Of a DNA stretch of 64,000 nt, positions 60,821 through 64,000 are shown piece after piece. The stretch lies in the IMG/VR virus record IMGVR_UViG_3300044858_003398. The stretch is one strand, 5' to 3'. Source of the DNA: a virus. Below the pieces are notes generated by a model. That model was not told the origin of the DNA and searched no databases. It saw nothing but the letters and a program-made list of their open reading frames with translations. Position 1 is the first letter of the stretch; each line of letters starts with the position of its first letter. The translations under genes and the position numbers were made by a program.

Positions 60821-61884
60821 ATGAAGCTAATAGATCTTTTTGAGGAATTAATCAAGAATAAGACTGTCGAAGTATCTGATGGCGTAAATATAAAATGTAG
60901 TGATGAGATCAATCTAACGATTTCATCACATAATGACGAAGTCGTAATCAAATTTGGATCACCAGCAGTTCAGGTATTTATTACCAAGATGGGGCCGATG
61001 CGGCTCTTGAATGCAGTTCGGCCCACTATTCAGTCAATTACCATAACAGACAAATCGTTCAAAATCAGTGTAGACAATGCTCCCGATATGGAGGTGGCTC
61101 GTGAACTGGTATGAAGAATACTGCAAAGAGTTCGGCTATTCTGCAAAACCGGGCAGAAGAGGCGAGCGAGACGCCGACAGAATGAAGAGACGAGTAGAGA
61201 AGGCCGCTACCTTGTCTAAGGAGGACCTTTCTTCTTTTACCGATAGGGTTTCAGCAGAAGCCCATTTGGAGGATAAAGCCGTAGGCATGTATGGATCTTT
61301 TGGATTCATGCTATTTCAAGCTTTGATATCTTGGGTGATTCGAAGAATTTTAGACAGCTATTTTGGGTCAAAGAATGACAATAACAGTATCGGCTAGTTC
61401 TTTAGTAAAAACATCCTTCAATTTCACAGAGACTCAGTCTGGCACTATCAGATCTGAGAATGAGTCTATTACAGCCAATCGGGCCTACACCTACGGTACT
61501 GGCAATTTTGAGATTGATGCCGCAGTAAAGAACACTGGGGTGATCCCCTCAGGTGGGTCTGTAGTGCTCGACCTTAACGCAATGACTAATGAGTCATTTG
61601 GAATTACTTCCACCATTGCATTTTCTGGGATTAAGACTGTAACGGTCTATAATACGTCCACAGTCCAAAATAGAGATATCAATATCAGAGCTACTGGATC
61701 GAATGCTTTCACGAATTTGTTCAATGGTGGGTCTGGAAACCTCCTTATTAAGCCCTACTCTAGTTTTACCTACAATGACCCATATAAGCTTACGGTAAGC
61801 TCAACCCAGAAGAACATCAGTTTGTTTGACGTGAGTGGCTCTGGGGCCACCTACGAGATCTGTGTGTTAGGAAATCTGAGCTGA
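60821..61884 (+). CDS. Three hypothetical proteins (about 60821-61114, 61077-61397, 61375-61884; the last is beta-rich and possibly structural)
   Basis: Tandem ORFs. Confidence 0.6.
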
Positions 61885-61897
61885 GTCTGAAAGACTC

Positions 61898-61940
61898 CTT
61901 GACATTTTGACCTCCGAAGATTATAATCCTCGGAGGTCTT
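61898..61940 (+). promoter_or_regulatory. Consensus sigma70 promoter whose -10 box lies inside an inverted repeat
   Basis: TTGACA-17-TATAAT; GACCTCCGA...TCGGAGGTC flanks the -10. Confidence 0.78.
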
Positions 61941-61975
61941 TTCGTTGACTCACATACGTTCGTCGGAGCACAGCC

Positions 61976-62662
61976 TTGAATCACGTTGATGGTATTGTGG
62001 CCTTCATGCAGAAGGCCGGTCAGGCAACCCCAGAGAAGTTGACGGTTCCTTCGGAACAGGACCGAATCCTTCGGGCCAAGCTCATCCTTGAAGAGGCCTT
62101 TGAGCTTATTAACGATGGGCTCGGGATCGGCGTAGCTAACTTTGGCCATTTTTTAAAGCCAGCGGATTTCAATTATGTGATTACTGGAGAGGCTGATGCA
62201 GTAGACGCCCTTGATGGAGCCGCCGACTTGTTTTGGACAGGTGTGGGCGGTGTAGCCATCATCTTTGGAGCTGATCTAGAACCAGTCCTAGATGAAGTTG
62301 ACCGAAGTAACCAGTCTAAGTTCATAGATGGATATAGGGGTCAAGACGGAAAATGGCAAAAAGGTCCCTCGTACAGTCAGGCTAATATTGAGTGTGCTCT
62401 TCGGGATCGTGTTCGTCCTATCGGCGAAGACTATTACGCTTTCCAGCATGATTGTAACGATAATGCTTGGTGGGTAGTTCTACAGGACTACTGGCACTAT
62501 AATCATTGCGTTGATGATTGCCAATTAGGGATCGATATTCCCGGATTCATAGAGTCCATGGAGTCGTGTTTCTATCCAGTAGACGACCGTGTAAACTCAA
62601 TCGAAGCTGAAAACATGCTGAAAGCTTTGGGCTTTACTATTTTGGATGATGAAGATGCTTAG
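61976..62662 (+). CDS. MazG-like NTP pyrophosphohydrolase with an additional C-terminal domain
   Basis: LRAKLILEEAFEL, DALDGAADL, DEVDRSNQSK, DGKWQKGPSY. Confidence 0.82.
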   Translation: MNHVDGIVAFMQKAGQATPEKLTVPSEQDRILRAKLILEEAFELINDGLGIGVANFGHFLKPADFNYVITGEADAVDALDGAADLFWTGVGGVAIIFGADLEPVLDEVDRSNQSKFIDGYRGQDGKWQKGPSYSQANIECALRDRVRPIGEDYYAFQHDCNDNAWWVVLQDYWHYNHCVDDCQLGIDIPGFIESMESCFYPVDDRVNSIEAENMLKALGFTILDDEDA

Positions 62663-63317
62663 GATAATCGGGGATGTCCATGGGAAGTTCAGCAACTATC
62701 TGCAAATAGCAGAAGTGGCAGAGCATAGCCTCCAGATTGGGGACTTCGGCTTAAGTAGTAGCTGGAACAATCTAACATATTCCGGCCTACATCCGGACAA
62801 TCATAAAGTGCTTGCCGGGAATCATGAGGATTATGACTTCGCTCCGAAATCCCCTTTCTACCTTGGTGATTTCGGCGAAGCCACCATCGGTGGCGTAGCC
62901 ATCTTTTTCATGAGAGGTGGTATTTCCATAGATCGAACCTACCGAGAAGCTGAACGTATCAATAGGGGACCTAGGAGTTGGTGGTCCCAAGAGGAACTGA
63001 GCTTCGCTCAAATGATCGAATGTATGAAGGCCTATCGTAGGGCGAAGCCCTCCATTGTTGTATCACATGTGCCTGCGGCAAGTTTCGCTTCGGTTATGTC
63101 CCCAGACGATAAAATCTTAGTAGATTTTGGCTTCCATAAAGGCTTCAAAGAAGCCACCCAGCTACTCGGGGATGAACTGCTTAAAATTCATCGACCAAAG
63201 GTTTGGCTGTCCGCTCACTTTCATAAGTCCTTTCAGGACGAAATTGGCGGTACAAGGTTTGTAGGCCTTGCTGAGTTAGAGTATGTAGACATTGATTCGA
63301 ACGGAGAAATAGTATGA
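62646..63317 (+). CDS. Calcineurin-like metallophosphoesterase
   Basis: IGDVHG, QIGDFG, GNHE, VSH.P, AHFH. Confidence 0.9.
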   Translation: MMKMLRIIGDVHGKFSNYLQIAEVAEHSLQIGDFGLSSSWNNLTYSGLHPDNHKVLAGNHEDYDFAPKSPFYLGDFGEATIGGVAIFFMRGGISIDRTYREAERINRGPRSWWSQEELSFAQMIECMKAYRRAKPSIVVSHVPAASFASVMSPDDKILVDFGFHKGFKEATQLLGDELLKIHRPKVWLSAHFHKSFQDEIGGTRFVGLAELEYVDIDSNGEIV

Positions 63318-63628
63318 AATCTGCAAAAAAGAAGTATATTGAGAGTGTGGTTCCCACACTGGCTCGTGAAGGAAAAACTCTTGACGAGGCAGTAGCTCAT
63401 GCATCAGAGCTTTGGGAGAAAAGTATTGCTCTCGAATCTGAACAGGCTCTTGAGGTTTGCTATGAAAGTAGCCTAGAATTTACAGCCGAAGTAACAAGTA
63501 CTGGATTTAAAACAGTAGTTCAGGAAGGAGATGTTATTGAGGAGATGACTTTTGCTCAAGCGTTCGCGGCATTCAAATGTGAGCCCGGTAAAAGATATGA
63601 GATTGAGATCTGCGTAGAGGAAGCGTAA
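63314..63628 (+). CDS. Hypothetical protein
   Basis: ORF track; a further partial ORF starts at 63628 and runs off the window. Confidence 0.6.
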   Translation: MKSAKKKYIESVVPTLAREGKTLDEAVAHASELWEKSIALESEQALEVCYESSLEFTAEVTSTGFKTVVQEGDVIEEMTFAQAFAAFKCEPGKRYEIEICVEEA

Positions 63629-64000
63629 TGTTCAGACAACATGTTCCAAACTATGTATACACAAACTTTAAAAGAGTAGACGATGCTAATACTCTAGAAA
63701 AAGTTCTAGATATTAACTGGGTCAAAAAATGGACTGAGTCTACCGAACATATCTTCTATATGTGGACCTGTGATGGTAGATCTCTCGTAGCCTTATACGA
63801 TAAGGGAGAGTATTGGTGGTTGGTAGGTTTTGCTGATTTTGATCTAGATTTGCCAAAATTTAGAGATCACAGAATCGAAAGACGGAGAGATCCAAATATA
63901 GTCGAAGATGGAATCCATGTAAAATCTGATGGCAGAGCGTGGTATGTGCTCAAGGCAAACGACGCGAAGACTGGATATCTCGGGTATAGGGTGGATGTTG

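Noticed and set aside
612-63011. Numerous antisense or alternate-frame ORFs of 60-140 aa overlapping assigned genes
   Set aside because: Shadow ORFs of well-supported genes, with no independent motifs
1-64000. CRISPR array, or reverse transcriptase (retron/DGR)
   Set aside because: No regularly spaced direct repeats and no RT motifs in any ORF; the GGCGAAGCC motif is short and irregularly spaced

Overview
This 64 kb window looks like part of a large dsDNA bacteriophage genome using the standard genetic code. A Planctomycetota-like host is a weak inference only. (1) 1-10.9 kb: dense small ORFs plus an Rnl2 RNA ligase, an ATP-dependent DNA ligase whose 3' end is duplicated around an antisense HNH gene, a sigma-like protein, an orphan HicA-like toxin, DenV and tRNA-Ile(UAU). 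(2) 10.9-17.2 kb: an RNA-rich island with several tRNAs, a compact tmRNA (tag AKTFAVAA), many unassigned structured RNAs and three circularly permuted tRNA-like modules (T-arm, closed acceptor stem, D-arm). Two of those modules form a ~430 nt RNA directly behind a helical protein gene; this pair is the best candidate for a new system. (3) 17-39 kb: a TROVE-like VWA fragment, macrodomain, rIIA/rIIB, HAD, HD and nucleotidyltransferase-like genes, and a DnaE polymerase split into two genes 10 kb apart with a 127 aa mini-intein. (4) 39.5-54.1 kb (minus strand): a ~20 gene sugar-nucleotide and glycosyltransferase operon behind a ~400 nt structured leader. (5) 54-64 kb: SSB, GT4, membrane proteins, a papain-like protease, a thioredoxin-like gene with a probable -1 frameshift extension, a MazG-like protein and a metallophosphoesterase. 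A GGC-GAA-GCC mini-hairpin recurs at gene junctions, and several sigma70 promoters have palindromic spacers. All family assignments come from reading motifs by eye; no searches were run.
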